Shown: positions 13,245 through 28,276, numbered from the whole stretch's first letter. The stretch: 63,572 bases of DNA, filler included, from Octopus bimaculoides (GCF_001194135.2; 5 parts of 4 records of this genome joined end to end with filler, not necessarily neighbours in it), one strand, 5' to 3'. Notes: generated by a model not told the origin, from the letters alone. Made by a program: numbers and translations.

Positions 13245-13595
13245 GAGAGAGAGATGGAGGTAGAGAGAGAGAAAGAGATCGATGTATATACGTGCACGCA
13301 CACACACACACACACACACGCGCGCGCACACACACATTTATATATATATATATAATATAGTATACGTATATATTCTAAACATACCTATACATACACATAC
13401 AACAGCATATATATATATACACACACACACGCACACACACTGATGGGTAAAAAAGCTCAACATTTTATATTTTTTATTTTGCTTATGCGCATTGTCTGTT
13501 TTTGATTTTGTCGACTACACATTATAGTAGGGTCAGTTGGGCACCGTCTGTGAGATAAACGGCACCATTGACGCATTTTACTCTATAAGAAATTT

Positions 13596-13832
13596 GGCGG
13601 CGAGCTGGCAGAATCGTTAGCACGCCGGTCGAAACGCTTAGCGGTATTTCGTCTGCCGTTACGTTCTGAGTTCAAATGCCGCCGAGGTCGATTTTGCCTT
13701 TCATCCTTTCAGGGTCGATAAATTAAGTACCAGTTACGCAATGGGGTCGATGTAAACAACTTAATCCCTTTGTCTGTCCTTGTTTGTCCCCTCTATGTTT
13801 AGCCCCTTGTGGGCAATAAAGAAATAAGAAAT
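13596..13832 (+). mobile_element. tRNA-derived SINE family A, full copy
   Basis: A box TGGCAGAATCG, B box GAGTTCAAATGCC, central gcctttcatcctttcagggtcgataaattaagtaccag block; more than 12 copies in the window. Confidence 0.9.
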
Positions 13833-13835
13833 TTG

Positions 13836-14535
13836 GAAACGACATGCTGTACTGCTTGGCATTCGCGTTGGAAGTTCTAATACGAACAGATGGTGAACAC
13901 ACAGAACAACCGTTGGGTTGCCGTGTCCCCGAAACGTGTAACCGAGAATGATAAAAATCAAACATCCAGTCAACATCGTGGTGTTTGAAGTGATCACGAG
14001 TGATGGCGACGTTATGTCTCCTTTCATTTTTTCACACATTTTTAGACTCAACACAGAGGCCTACATCAAGTGCCTGGAGGAGGTACTGTTGCCCTAGGTC
14101 AAGAGGGTCGCTGCTGGAATACTCTGTCTGGCAACAAGATTGTCCACCATTCCACACAAGTAGGAGAACCCAATCATGGCCGTTAGACAAGTTCTGCGAC
14201 CACATCACATCTAACGTCTGGCCACCTAACTCCCCAGACTGCAAACCCCTTGATTATTATGTGTGGGGTGCAGTTGAGCGAGAAGACCAACAAAACTCCT
14301 TGTAACACCGAAGATGAACTGCAGGCAAGGATTATGGTAACATCCACCAACTTAAACAAGGAGACCGTCCAGAAGAGTTGCAGGAGATTCCGAAATCGTT
14401 TAGAGGACTGTGGTTGAAGCCAATGGCTATTTTATTGAATAAATTTACTGTTTACTATTTCAAGATATTTTAATGTAATTTTGGTAAATAAATCTGATAA
14501 AATGAGATGTTATTTTCCTTTTTGCGTAATTTAGA
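13836..14535 (+). mobile_element. Internally deleted DD37D (maT-type) Tc1/mariner transposase relic
   Basis: WQQD followed by 37 residues then D in WPPNSPDCKPLDYYVWG. C-terminus EANGYFIE with stop at 14440-14442. Confidence 0.88.
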
Positions 14536-14635
14536 NNNNNNNNNNNNNNNNNNNNNNNNNNNNNNNNNNNNNNNNNNNNTTAATTAATTAANNNNNNNNN
14601 NNNNNNNNNNNNNNNNNNNNNNNNNNNNNNNNNNN
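14536..14635. other. Artificial scaffold spacer 44N-TTAATTAATTAA-44N
   Basis: Identical geometry at four sites; the 12-mer is palindromic with stops in all six frames. Confidence 0.95.
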
Positions 14636-14930
14636 ATATACATATATATATATATAAACACACACATAGCTATATGTAAGTATATATAAAATATATTTGT
14701 TTTTAACGGTTGAATTCAATATGGATGAAGCTATAAAGAATAGCAAGTGAGTATTGAGTTCACAAATAGAAAAAAATAGAGAGCTGCCCGTAGCACACGA
14801 ACCCACAACGCCAGCGAACATGATAGACGTATTACCATTGGACATAGGTATGTATAAATCTATATATGAATGTATGTATATATATATATATGTATGTATG
14901 TGAGTGTGTGTATCACATATTTATGTCATA

Positions 14931-15241
14931 TTACTCTTTACTCTTTTACTTGTTTCAGTCATTTGATTGTGGCCATGCTGGAGCACCGCCTTTAGTCGAG
15001 CAAATCGACCCCAGGACTTATTCTTTGGAAGCCTAGTACTTATTCTATCGGTCTCTTTTGGTGAACCGCTAAGTTAATGGGGACGTAAACACACCAACGT
15101 TGGTTGTCAAGCGATGTTGCGGGAGTACAAACACAGACACACAAACATACACACACACACACACACACACATACATATATGTACATATATACGACGGGCT
15201 TCTTTCCGTTTCCGTCTACCAAATCCACTCACAAGGCTTTG
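14931..15241 (-). mobile_element. SINE family B, 5'-truncated
   Basis: Reverse complement of the 3' module, internal microsatellite and part of the head. Confidence 0.88.
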
Positions 15242-15849
15242 TATATTACATATGTATTATATGCGTGTATATTATGCGTGTTATATAACATATATATACA
15301 TATATATATACACATACACATGTATAACTATCACCATCAGTATGTTTGCTTTTCTTTGTTTATTAATACTAAGCGTTATGTTTATATATATATATATATA
15401 TATATNNNNNNNNNNNNNNNNNNNNNNNNNNNNNNNNNNNNNNNNNNNNNNNNNNNNNNNNNNNNNNNNNNNNNNNNNNNNNNNNNNNNNNNNNNNNNNN
15501 NNNNNNNNNNNNNNNNNNNNNNNNNNNNNNNNNNNNNNNNNNNNNNNNNNNNNNNNNNNNNNNNNNNNNNNNNNNNNNNNNNNNNNNNNNNNNNNNNNNN
15601 NNNNNNNNNNNNNNNNNNNNNNNNNNNNNNNNNNNNNNNNNNNNNNNNNNNNNNNNNNNNNNNNNNNNNNNNNNNNNNNNNNNNNNNNNNNNNNNNNNNN
15701 NNNNNNNNNNNNNNNNNNNNNNNNNNNNNNNNNNNNNNNNNNNNNNNNNNNNNNNNNNNNNNNNNNNNNNNNNNNNNNNNNNNNNNNNNNNNNGACTAAA
15801 TCTGTCAAGGCAAGTACACCAGTATGGTTTCGGTCCACTGACTGGAACA

Positions 15850-16062
15850 AATGAAAAATATATATATATATATATATATATTTAGATGTATACATACATG
15901 TGTGGGGGTGCGCATGTGTATGCGTATGTGTATACACGCAAACGCAAAAAACATTAAACATGTATATATACATATAGATACATATATACATAATATAGAC
16001 ACAGATACGTATATGCATAATAGTGACACACATATATACACATATATGTATATGTGTGTGTT

Positions 16063-16094
<32 letters not shown>

Positions 16095-16175
16095 CATATA
16101 TATATACACATACACATGTATAACTATCACCATCAGTATGTTTGCTTTTCTTTGTTTATTAATACTAAGCGTTAT

Positions 16176-16219
<44 letters not shown>

Positions 16220-17121
16220 TCATATACAAATACATGTATATATATATGCATGTGCGTATTTTATATACATATATACACACACATATATATGCATGTGCGT
16301 GTATTATATATATATATGTATATATGTGTGTGTGTGTACATATATATGTATATATATCACACACATATTCATATATATATATGTACAGACACATATACAT
16401 ATATATGTACACGCACATATATATATATACATACACACATACATACATGCCTAAATATGCATTTATAGAGATATTTACACACATTCGGGATAGGGACGGT
16501 CGATCTGCAAGAAACAGCAGCTAGATCTTCAAATAGCACCATGAATCTTAATTAAGCAAAGGTCACATTAAATAGCCCCACACGTAGTGTTTAAGAGACT
16601 GGCTGGCCATGTTGGCCGAAACGCCTTTGATCTTAAATGTTTGATCGAGACGGACTGGACGTTATTCAATATATAGAGTGCGATTCTCTTTCGGATTTAT
16701 GATTTACTGACTATGTGTGTGTGTGTATTTATATATNNNNNNNNNNNNNNNNNNNNNNNNNNNNNNNNNNNNNNNNNNNNNNNNNNNNNNNNNNNNNNNN
16801 NNNNNNNNNNNNNNNNNNNNNNNNNNNNNNNNNNNNNNNNNNNNNNNNNNNNNNNNNNNNNNNNNNNNNNNNNNNNNNNNNNNNNNNNNNNNNNNNNNNN
16901 NNNNNNNNNNNNNNNNNNNNNNNNNNNNNNNNNNNNNTATATATATATGTATATGTGTATGTATATGTATGTATATCTATGTATATGTATATATATATAT
17001 ATGTATATATGTGTGTGTATGTATATGTATATATATCTATATATATTATGTATGTATATATGTATATATGTATATGTGTATGTACATGTATGCATATCTA
17101 TGTATATCTATCTATCTATAT

Positions 17122-17153
<32 letters not shown>

Positions 17154-17314
17154 GTATGTATATGTATATATATCTATATATATATGTATCTATATATACT
17201 ATATATTTATATATGTATATATATATATGTATATATATACATATATATATGTATATATATATATGTATATATTTATATATACATATATATACATATACAT
17301 AATATATATACATA

Positions 17315-17348
<34 letters not shown>

Positions 17349-17358
17349 NNNNNNNNNN

Positions 17359-17395
<37 letters not shown>
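15850..17395. repeat. Long degenerate TA/TG/TATG microsatellite field with gaps
   Basis: Directly visible; explains the many YIYI-type ORFs. Confidence 0.9.
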
Positions 17396-17397
<2 letters not shown>

Positions 17398-17671
17398 TGC
17401 TAAGAACAAATATGCATTTATGTATTCATACATAGACTTTTAGAAATTTTAGGGTAGAAAGGAGCACTACGTTGTAGAGTGAGTCGAACAAACCGTCATT
17501 CTGGCTTGTTTTAACTGCGGTACTTATTCCATCGAAATCTTTTTCCCGAAACCCTATGTCATGGGAGCATAAACAGACCAACACCGGCTATCAATATGAC
17601 GGGAAAAACAAGCATAGACACAGACACACAAATACATATACGAACACATTATATGTATATATACTTATATA

Positions 17672-17855
17672 CAGGGGCATAACTAGGATGGCGCAAGCAG
17701 GGCACATGCCCTGGGCGCCACTGTGAAGGGGGCGTAATTTTGGCCAAGATCACTTTCTAGTTAAGCCATTTCTATGAGAGTTTCCACTTTTTGGTCGGGG
17801 CGGGGGAGCAATTTTGATGGTTCCCTGGGCCCTATTTGCCCTAGCTACGTCCCTG
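17672..17855. mobile_element. hAT-like MITE
   Basis: TIRs caggggcataactagg / cctagctacgtccctg; flanks cttatata / cgtataaa (6 of 8 match). Confidence 0.7.
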
Positions 17856-18042
17856 CGTATAAAATATTACATATTTTATATACACACTCACGTATATATA
17901 ATATTTAATACATAATCTTTTAGTCCAACAGAATATATTTTGCTTCGCCTATGGCTCAGGCATATATCCATACATAAATGCATAGAATTATACATATTAA
18001 GTCACACATACTTGCATACACACACACACAAACACACACACA

Positions 18043-18078
<36 letters not shown>

Positions 18079-18812
18079 TAACGTGCATACATACATCTTT
18101 TACTTTTTGATGTTCAATAAAACTTTCCATGTGGTTTTGTAAATCAATAAAGAAAGGCAAATAAACATTAAAAAAGGAAATAAATGGAGTCAAGAAGAAA
18201 GAAGAAGAAGAAGAAGAAGAAGAAGAAGAAGAAGAAGAAGAAGAAGAAGAAGATAATTATTTTTATAAACACAAATTCACGTGAACATGTACTAAAAGTA
18301 CGAAATATATATATCTTTAACATATATACCGTTTATAAAACACTAGATATATATATTAAAATAAAATATTGCTCTCAAATATGATAATAAAAAAGTTGAA
18401 TTTGATTTTAAACAAATATGGCTTAAATCTTCGGAGCTTTTATCTTTTTTCATTTCCTCATAAATTATTTCCAGTTCGTTCGAAAAACAAAAAACAAACT
18501 TTTTTTTTTGTCTTTTCCCTCTGTACCGCGAGGGTAAGTACATATAAATCCCTTTTTGATATGTCATATTTTTTTACACCCCAAAAAATGTTACACGCAT
18601 ACAAGTATATATGTTGGTATAAGTGTATGTGTGTGTGTGTGTGCGTGTGTGTGTAAATATATACATAAATATTAGATAGATGTATAAGTGCATGTGTGTG
18701 CATATATGTGTGTATACTTAGTGTCTGTATGTAAGTATGTATGTATGCGTTTATGTTAAAAAAAGCTGGTTGGATTAACTCGATAATCGAAGCTAAATTT
18801 CAGTCAACTTAA

Positions 18813-18895
<83 letters not shown>

Positions 18896-19384
18896 TATGT
18901 GTGTGTAGATAGATATAGAAATATATTATATGTGTGTATATGTGTATGTTTGAACATACACAGATATCTATCCACACACACACACACACATAATTGTTTT
19001 TATTTGATATATCGGGACTAGAAGTTATTAAACATGACTTCGAAGTTTCGGCCTGATTGACAGGTAAACAGTTATACATATACACACACACACACACATA
19101 TATATATTTATACATACATCTATAGATACATGTGTGTGTGTAAATCTAAACGTATAGGTTTCGATATGCATATATGTGTGCGTGTGTGAGTGTATGTGTA
19201 TACTTTTACTAGTGTCAACTGCACGAAACGTTAAGTTATGAGAACATATTGCAGTTTACCAAACCACGCGTGCGCGCTCACACATACTTACAAGCTTAGA
19301 TACACATACTTACATACATACATTCATACATACATATATACACACATAGAACATGCATAGACAGACGTCAGACAAACAGACAGC

Positions 19385-19447
<63 letters not shown>

Positions 19448-20913
19448 GTAGGTAGCTAGATAGACTGATATATATATATATATATATATANNNNNNNNNN
19501 NNNNNNNNNNNNNNNNNNNNNNNNNNNNNNNNNNNNNNNNNNNNNNNNNNNNNNNNNNNNNNNNNNNNNNNNNNNNNNNNNNNNNNNNNNNNNNNNNNNN
19601 NNNNNNNNNNNNNNNNNNNNNNNNNNNNNNNNNNNNNNNNNNNNNNNNNNNNNNNNNNNNNNNNNNNNNNNNNNNNNNNNNNNNNNNNNNNNNNNNNNNN
19701 NNNNNNNNNNNNNNNNNNNNNNNNNNNNNNNNNNNNNNNNNNNNNNNNNNNNNNNNNNNNNNNNNNNNNNNNNNNNNNNNNNNNNNNNNNNNNNNNNNNN
19801 NNNNNNNNNNNNNNNNNNNNNNNNNNNNNNNNNNNNNNNNNNNNNNNNNNNNNNNNNNNNNNNNNNNNNNNNNNNNNNNNNNNNNNNNNNNNNNNNNNNN
19901 NNNNNNNNAGAAAAATAGAATTTCTGTTAAATGAAAATGGTAAGTTACGAAAGTCCAGAAGAAAAAGTTTTGCGAAACTGCGATAAGAGAGACTCAAAGA
20001 GAAAAATCCAGTTGCCAATCAACGTTGTTGTTTATGTCAGTTTAGCCCAAGGTCAGCTTCGATCCAGCGGAACTCTATTCAATGGTAGTCCGCCGATGAT
20101 CATCTCGCGCCTTTGTATATTTTTAAGCACTACATTGTCCTATTTTTTTCAACTTCTTTCTATTTTTTTTCTTCTTCTTTGTGGCTACGAAATTTCATTA
20201 GGCTGCTTCCAGCCATGGCCATCCTGTTCGTTTATTTCTTTTTTTCTGTTTTTTTTTTTTTCAAGGACTCAATTTATCCAGTAAGCATAGTTGCTTGTTT
20301 TAAAGACAATAGCGAGTGAGAAATTCGAAGTTATATTTCTCACAGGTCCAAGTATCACGTTAGCGGTTTCCCTGTGTGGTATACTGGGTTGATAATGTTA
20401 TTTCTTGTAGTATATAGTAGTGCCGTGGAAATAATAATGGTAATGGTTGGTGGTTGCTCAATTCCACAAACCTTCAAAGAGTCACAGTTGAAGAATGGTA
20501 AAGCAGGGCTGGGGGAGGGGCGGTGTAGAGGGAAACGCACCATCGGTATATGTCAGGTAAAGGACACGTGGGGTCTCACGCGCCCCACTGTGTGTGTGTG
20601 TTTCTGTGATTGAGTGAGTGAATGAGTGAGAATGTTGATTACGTTTGCGTGTCCGCGTTCGTCTGACTAACGTAGCTGAAGTTTTGTGTGTATGCACGTA
20701 CATATATGTTGCTATGGCAATGTATACATATGTATGTATGTATGTATGCGTGTCTGTGTATCATATACGTATAGAAGTGTATGTGTACGTATGAGTATGT
20801 GTATATAATATAAATTTATATACATATACACAAATAACACATACGCAAATATATTCTGTATATATATTATATAATATATATATATACATACATATGAATA
20901 TGTGTGTGTGTGT

Positions 20914-20958
<45 letters not shown>

Positions 20959-21489
20959 CACATATATATATATGCATACAGACACGTACGCACACATAAC
21001 AGCGCGCGCACATATTTACACATTGACGCGCGTGTGGGGCGTTGCGTGTGTGTGTGTGCATGTGTCAATTATCCGTGATTGTTTTAAAGTCCAATAACAA
21101 GATTCCATGTTCTATTTCATTCACGTTGCAGAGCATATATATAAACATATGTATATTACATATGTATGAGTGTGTCTGTGTGTATGTGTTTGCGTGTGCG
21201 CTGTTATCTATACCGTTTCCGTATGCGTTTGTTTTGTTCTCGAAGTATAATTTATCCGTTCGGTTATTCTTGTTGCTAATTTCTTTCGTAAGTGTTGTGC
21301 TAACACATTCCCTTGTTATTCGTCTGTTGTTAACGTTACAAAATTTCCAACCCCCCAATCCCTTTTTTTTCATATTTTTTCTTTTTTTTTTATTTAAAAA
21401 AATTTTTTTTTTTACTTTTACAAAATTTCGTAACAAGTATGAAAAACTAATTAGGATATGCAAATCAATGATAGAATTATATTCTTTTC

Positions 21490-21702
21490 TACTCTAGGCA
21501 CAAGGCCCGAAATTTTGGGGGAGGAGAGGGACCAGTCGATTAGATCGACCCCAGTATGCAACTGGTACTTAATTTATCAACCCCCCGAAAGGATGAAAGG
21601 TAAAGTCGACCTCGGCGGAATTTGAACTCAGAACGTTAAGACAGATGCAATACCGCTAAGCATTTCGCCTGGTGTGCTACCGTTTCTGCCAGCTCGCCGC
21701 CT
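21490..21702 (-). mobile_element. SINE family A (alternative tail aaaatttcgggccttgtgcctagagtagaaaag)
   Basis: Reverse complement of the family A head and body with a different 3' tail. Confidence 0.88.
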
Positions 21703-22618
21703 TAATTAGAGGAACATATCGTTAATTAGAACCGGTGGGGATGGTGGAATAAATATTTTTGCTGTCATACGTAAAAAGCCGGATCGTTGCTCCTTAGAAC
21801 GTATCCCAACATGTGCGTGTATGTGTACGTATGTATGTATGTATGTATGTATGTATGTATGTATGTATGTGTGTATGTATGTATGTATGTATGTGTGAGT
21901 TGCATGTGAGAATATGATGCTACTTGTTCGACTAGTCATAGACACTACGTAGTTCTAGTCCTACCCTGTGCCTGTTACTTTATCTCAGGAACACAGTTGT
22001 GGAATCGCTGTACATGTATGCATACATACATACGTATGTATGTATTTATATATAAATAAATGCGTGTGTGTATACATATATATTATACGTACATTCATAG
22101 ACACATAAACACACCCACATTCATGTATGTGTGTTTGTGCGTTCATACGCCTATATGAAGGTGTGTATGCTTGTACCTACATGCGTGTATATGTGTCTGT
22201 GGGTCCTATCTGTATGTATGTATGTATGTATGTATGTATGTGTGCTTACATTTGTACGTGTATTTCTGTATGCACGTACGTGTACACAGATAACTTTTAC
22301 GACATCAGTGAGTGAATGCGAAGGGGAGAAAACAGAAAAATCATAAGCGGAAAGGCAATGCATAATTTGGTTCTTGAATGCGGGCGCACCAGTACTTTGT
22401 CCTTACCACACCAATCAAAACTATTTTCCTTCGTTTTTCTCTCTTTCTCTCTTTCCGTTTTTGGCTGCGAAGGGGTGAATAGAAATGAGAGGAAACTTGA
22501 TTTTTTTTTCCCCTTGTATTTAAAACTCCATGTTATACTATTTAGTTTAAGTTGGTTGTTCGTCCGGTTAAACACCATCAACTCAAATGTTAAACAACTA
22601 CCTACCTATATATATATA

Positions 22619-22718
22619 NNNNNNNNNNNNNNNNNNNNNNNNNNNNNNNNNNNNNNNNNNNNTTAATTAATTAANNNNNNNNNNNNNNNNNNNNNNNNNN
22701 NNNNNNNNNNNNNNNNNN
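22619..22718. other. Artificial scaffold spacer 44N-TTAATTAATTAA-44N
   Basis: Same 44N-12mer-44N geometry as 14536-14635. Confidence 0.95.
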
Positions 22719-23018
22719 TATATATGTATATGTGTGCATATATTCATACATACACATATGTATGTATGTGTATGTACCAAAATGTTTAATGCTCTTAGCT
22801 TAGATTTCTGGAGCCAGCCAGATTTGAACAGTATCAAGTGTAAGCGGCCGAATCTGCAAGGATAATCTGGAAACTTGACTGATGAGAGAAGGCCACGAGT
22901 GACCCGTCTTTTGTTGTTTTTTCCTGTCCGTCTTCGTATCGTCTATCTGTCTAGATGTTTTATTGTCGTCTGTTGCGTTCTTGTTCCATTTTGAGGATTT
23001 ATATATGTCTATCTGTGA

Positions 23019-23086
<68 letters not shown>

Positions 23087-23329
23087 GTCTATCTATCTAT
23101 TGTCAATGTATCATATATCCGAATATGAACCACACTCTAAAGTAAAGTATTAAAACAAAAAAGTTACAGTCTGATCATAGAGTGACCAATGGTTTCGCGT
23201 CCATGAAAGCCGTAGCTTCATGGACAACTCATCAGACTCTAGTCTGAAAGCAAAAATTACGGGCAATGCTCTAACGGTCATCAAAGAATAACAGTCCGGC
23301 GATAGTGAAGATAGGTTATCTCCCCTAGA

Positions 23330-24016
23330 CCAGCTATTTAGAGAGGAGATTTCCTGTCGTCGTCAAATTCAGGAAAATATGTATTGAGCAGAACGTACCT
23401 ATGTATATGGTGTTCATAGACTTCACAAAAGCTTTCGACTCTGTATCCCGTGATGGACTTTCTGATACAATTCCTCAAGTGCGCTTGCGGCGACAAATGG
23501 AGTTAAACAAAGGTGTGTACTTGATCCAGCACCGTTCTCCTTTTATATCGCAACAGTGTTAGAAATTGTCTTCGAGTGAGTTGGAAGAGAGACTTATCTC
23601 CGGACACGGTATAATGTTGATCCGTATAAAGCAAAAGCGCGCACTACGAAGACCCTAGTGCGAGAAATGCTGTTCGCTGTTGATTGTGCACTGGCTGCTC
23701 ACAGTGCTGAAGATATGCAGAAACTGGTAGATAACTTTGTCAGAGCTGTACAGCAGTTCAGCTTAAAGATTAACATCAGAGAAACCGAATGTCTTTACCG
23801 ACCTATGCGGAACCTAGATACCTTTGTAACAGAAGAAAACATCACTATTAGACATGAAGGGTTGGTTCAGTGTAAAGCATTCAAATACCTATGCAGCGCC
23901 TTCTCAGATAATGTACAACTGGATCAAGAAATGACATACAAAATGAGCAGAGCTAGTGCTTTATTTGGTAGGTTGCAGGAGATACTGTGGAAAAGAAAAA
24001 TGCTGACATTGAAATA
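23330..24016 (+). mobile_element. RTE-clade LINE reverse transcriptase fragment
   Basis: YMVFIDFTKAFDSVSR, GVKQGCVL, REMLFAVDCAL (decayed FADD), SLKIN motifs, with internal deletions. Confidence 0.88.
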
Positions 24017-24915
24017 GAAATTACGTTCTAAAAAGATGTAAATTTAAGACAAATCAAGGGTATACATTCTTTTCTCTGCTTTCGCACAGCGTAGAAAAGG
24101 AAAAGTAAGACCTTTCACAAGTTTCTTAAACTGAGAAGCTGAAGACAAAGAGCATATATTGCAGCAGGATTCTGCAGAGAAACGTAGTATTCAAGGAGGT
24201 AAGCATTTAGAAGTTAATGAAGCATGATTTTTTTTATCAACAACTGAAGCATGCTTTTTTATCAACGACTGTACTATGCATCATATCTTTATGAAACGCA
24301 CTGGCCATGTAAGCGATAGAAAATACTCTTTGTCGAGAGCATTAGTGACATTCGTAAAGGAAAACTGCTGAAGCCGAAAATTGAAACCTATGTGTTAACT
24401 CGGCTCTTCTATCTGAGTTGGTAAAATAGGTATTATTACCGGCTAAATTAAAGTTACAGATTTCAAGCAATTATTCGCACTTTTTCCCCACAATCGCTAA
24501 GGCTGCATTGGAAACGTAAAACTTTCTCTCGAGATAACATACTTATTTCCAGCTAAATAACACTACTCGGCATTTAATGTCAAATTAGAGCACAGATAGA
24601 ACATCGCTCACTAAGAGGCTTTTTAAAGCCGTCTGGAACTACCGGGCAAAAATAAAATAAATCACAAAAGACTACTATTATCATACATTAGTTAAAAAAA
24701 AATTCCATTATCCAAGTATAATACAACCTTAATTTTGTCTCTTGTTCTTTGCTTGGTGTAATTGACGTTTTTTTAGGAAGATATACTGACAAATTTCTAT
24801 ACACAGAGACACGCATTTGTTGCAACACTATTTTATGTTTGTAAGTATATACACATCTATGCACAGATCTTTCTATTTGTCAAACTATATAACCAGAGAT
24901 AAACATCTATATGAC

Positions 24916-24961
<46 letters not shown>

Positions 24962-25561
24962 TACGTATTTATTGTGCGTATACAAATGCGTTAGACTGAC
25001 TCACACAATTGCATAATAAATTATGCACACGTCTAACATGGTTCTCGTAAAGTTAGTAGAAGTTCAAAAGTTCTTTCACATTAGGCAGATGGAAAATGAA
25101 TCTGTCTTCAGCAGAATACCATTCTAACGCAAATTAAACATTTTCACGCGCTTGTATCTATTTCTGAAAATTAGACTAACGAGGTCCAATAAAATCAAAA
25201 CATATTTGATATTATCTCCCCCTTACTTGGCAAATTATTTAAAGACACTATTAGCTAATAAATTATATTGTCTTTTCCTCACCGCCTAATGATTACAAAT
25301 TAGCTTTTTAATTCACGTTGTATTCAATGAGTTAACAGCACTTGCTTAGTTATTGTTGTGTTTTTCTTGCAGATGGTGTGTCTGAGTAATTTTTCTCAGT
25401 AAATTATTTACAAAGATAATGTAGAATTTAAGTGCCTTTACGCTCTATCAACTGATAATGCAATACCGTTGACATTTTTTATATTTCGCTTCCACAGTCT
25501 CTTTTTCTCTTTCTTTCTTTCTCTCTCTCTCTCTCTACACACACACACAACACGCACACAC

Positions 25562-25594
<33 letters not shown>

Positions 25595-25596
25595 TG

Positions 25597-25660
<64 letters not shown>

Positions 25661-25956
25661 TTCTCAGACAAACACATACACAAAATATTTTAGTGTTTTG
25701 CTCTTAGACACTTGCAAACAAGAATAACGACCAATTAAATAGAGTAAATATGTGTATATAAAGTGAAAGTAACTGATTTCCATTCACATGTTTTTACATG
25801 TTTATTCCTTTCCCGTTCCGATTTCGTCTTATTATACATACATACATATACATATATATATATACACACATAGACAGACACATACACAGACACAAACACA
25901 CAGACACAGACACACACACATACACATACACACACACATACACACACACATACACG

Positions 25957-26032
<76 letters not shown>

Positions 26033-26082
26033 AACTCACTCGATGATAATACTGTTTAAATTTTGTTTTTGTTTTTGTAAAT

Positions 26083-26280
26083 CAGTCATGGGAAAATTGC
26101 AGCCGGGGGTTGGACGTAGCCTGCAGTGTCTTATGCAGTTTGCGGGCAGCATGCAACCTGCTCGAAAGATTTTCATCAATGAGTCGCTTTACGAATTACC
26201 TTGAATTCATCAGGCAGCTTGCCTGATGATAGACCAAGTCACATGCGGCCCGCTTCTCGAGAAATTCTTGCCCATACCTG
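26083..26280. mobile_element. hAT (Charlie/Buster-like) MITE
   Basis: Ends cagtcatgggaaaa / cttgcccatacctg with subterminal gcggcccg; TSD ttgtaaat / ttctaaac (6 of 8 match, central TA). Confidence 0.7.
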
Positions 26281-28051
26281 TTCTAAACTCTGATCTTTTC
26301 AAGAACATGTTGACTGATCGACGAATCCAACGATACATCGTTTCTGTTACGACTGTCGCCACAAAACAGTAGATCCACAATTTTTTCTTTTAGAGTGGAG
26401 CGAGGATAGGTTTGACACGGTAATCCGGTTTTTATATGTCACCTAATTAATGGAAGCTTGCTGCTAGGAGCCATGCGGGACGTTGAGTAACATCGTTGAA
26501 AGCTACCCTATCAGCCTGTATTCCTGATTGTTTGTCTCATAGAAAAATTGACACGCAGCTGGAAGATTAGTTAAAAATAGCAGCCAAATCTCACACAAAT
26601 AGCATTTTAATGTCTTAAATAAGAAAAGTCGTATTAAATTATGTAGTTCTACATAGTCGCAAGAAGACGGGATGGGCATAGGTGGACAACAATTGCAACA
26701 TGTTGGAGTCTGCAAAAAAAAAAAACAAAAAAAAACGACGCCCAATAAACGATTCTTTAACTTAGCTCTTATCTATATTTATTGTCCTCGCTGTAGCCAA
26801 TATTTCAGCTTCTTCCCGAAAAGCCGTGTTTGTGTTGACGTAGAAGCTACTCTTACTATCACTCGCCACTCTCTGTTGGACATTAGCAATAAACATTCTA
26901 ATTTATTTTGGCTCAAAATCGCTTTTATTTATCTGTTCTCCTTGTACCACTCTTTGAACTATTCCACCAGTCAGCACTAATCGGAGTATCAATCATCTTA
27001 AATCGAGGACATTTCTCCTTCTCTTCTTTCTCCTTCTCTGATATCGTTCATCCTCAGTGACTTCTTCAGTGAACACAAGTTATTGCACTAACCTTGTCCG
27101 CGTGGTAAGATACAAGGCTATTCTGAATTGTCTGTATCCGTTATCTTTTCTCTTATGGACGTAAGTGTGTTTCTCTTTCCCTGAACATTTTTTTTTCACA
27201 ATCATGTTAGTCACTCCACTCGCAAATTAGATACCTCAGCCCAAACATTCATTGTTTCTTCGAGCAAAGAGATTAGGTTCCCTTTGAACAAAAGGTTAGA
27301 TTTCTTTGAACAAAGAGGTTAGGTTCCCTCGTTAGCTTTTCTTTGTGTATCTATCATACCGGAGACCATATAGCTATAATACTCACCACGATACACACAT
27401 ACACATGATCTACAGACACTTCAGCCTTTGTCAGTTGTTTACCCTCAAGCATGACACTAGCACTACAGCTATATGTAGCTCTTCAACATTCACCATAAAA
27501 CGTCAGTGTGGCACCGACTTTAACTAACATATAACTCTATATATGCTCTATAAAGCGACGCTAATAGTATAACTAACATGTAATACTATCTATGCTCTGG
27601 AACATACTACTAGATCTATAGCTAACATGTTGTAGTTATATATGGTTTACAAAGCATAAATGTGGCACATGTAGATAACATCTCACATGGTCATCAGTAT
27701 GGCCAGCTGATTAAGAAATTCACTTTGCAAGCATGAGGTCTAAGCTTAATTCCTCCTACTCAGCATTCCGGGAAAGTGTTTTCTAATATATCCTTGGATA
27801 GGCATAAAGTTTTTGAGTGAAACTGGGTAGACAGAAGCTGTACAGAAGCTCGTCGGGTAGATTTAATTGTAGTCCAGAGAGTTACGCTGATTTTTACCTG
27901 AGAATTACGTTAAAGATACAACTATCCGTGGAAACTCAGCTACTTGTTGATTTAAAGATTGGTTTAATTGATCGGACAACGGGAATGCTGATCATCAAAG
28001 CTGACAAAGATCAATATACCTCTACTAAGGAAAGGCTACTGTTACACACAC

Positions 28052-28198
28052 CAGTGGTGTATCTAGAGTGTGTACCGCCTGGAGTAGCTGGAGTCTGGTC
28101 CTACACCGGTGCGGCAAACTCAAGGTCCGTATGCAAGAGACCTCAAAGTGCTGCCCCCAGAGTGGACTGTCCACCTCGCCCACATTTCTGCTAGACAC
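28052..28198. mobile_element. Possible decayed hAT-like MITE
   Basis: Left end cagtggtgtatctag; only a partial right end ctagacac. Confidence 0.4.
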
Positions 28199-28276
28199 AA
28201 TATTTTCTTTCCGATTCTCCACCAAAGACACCCTCAGATAATTTTTATTGATTGGTAATAATATATTACAGAAAAA

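Noticed and set aside
14536-14635. Regularly recurring TTAATTAATTAA as a CRISPR-like or regulatory repeat
   Set aside because: Always embedded in exactly 44+44 Ns; an assembly linker.
15300-16215. About 110-bp sequence repeated on both sides of a gap (also ctactatgtattctgctg around gap 37128-37500)
   Set aside because: Probable unmerged contig overlaps rather than biology.
26222-26240. CUGAUGA inside a MITE palindrome
   Set aside because: No stem II-GAAA follows; it is part of the catcaggcagcttgcctgatg inverted repeat.
25373-27104. Three plus-strand AG/GT-bounded micro-exon candidates (25373-85, 26394-419, 27058-104)
   Set aside because: Joined in order they hit stops in all frames, and no homology is recognisable; such sites arise by chance in pyrimidine-rich DNA.
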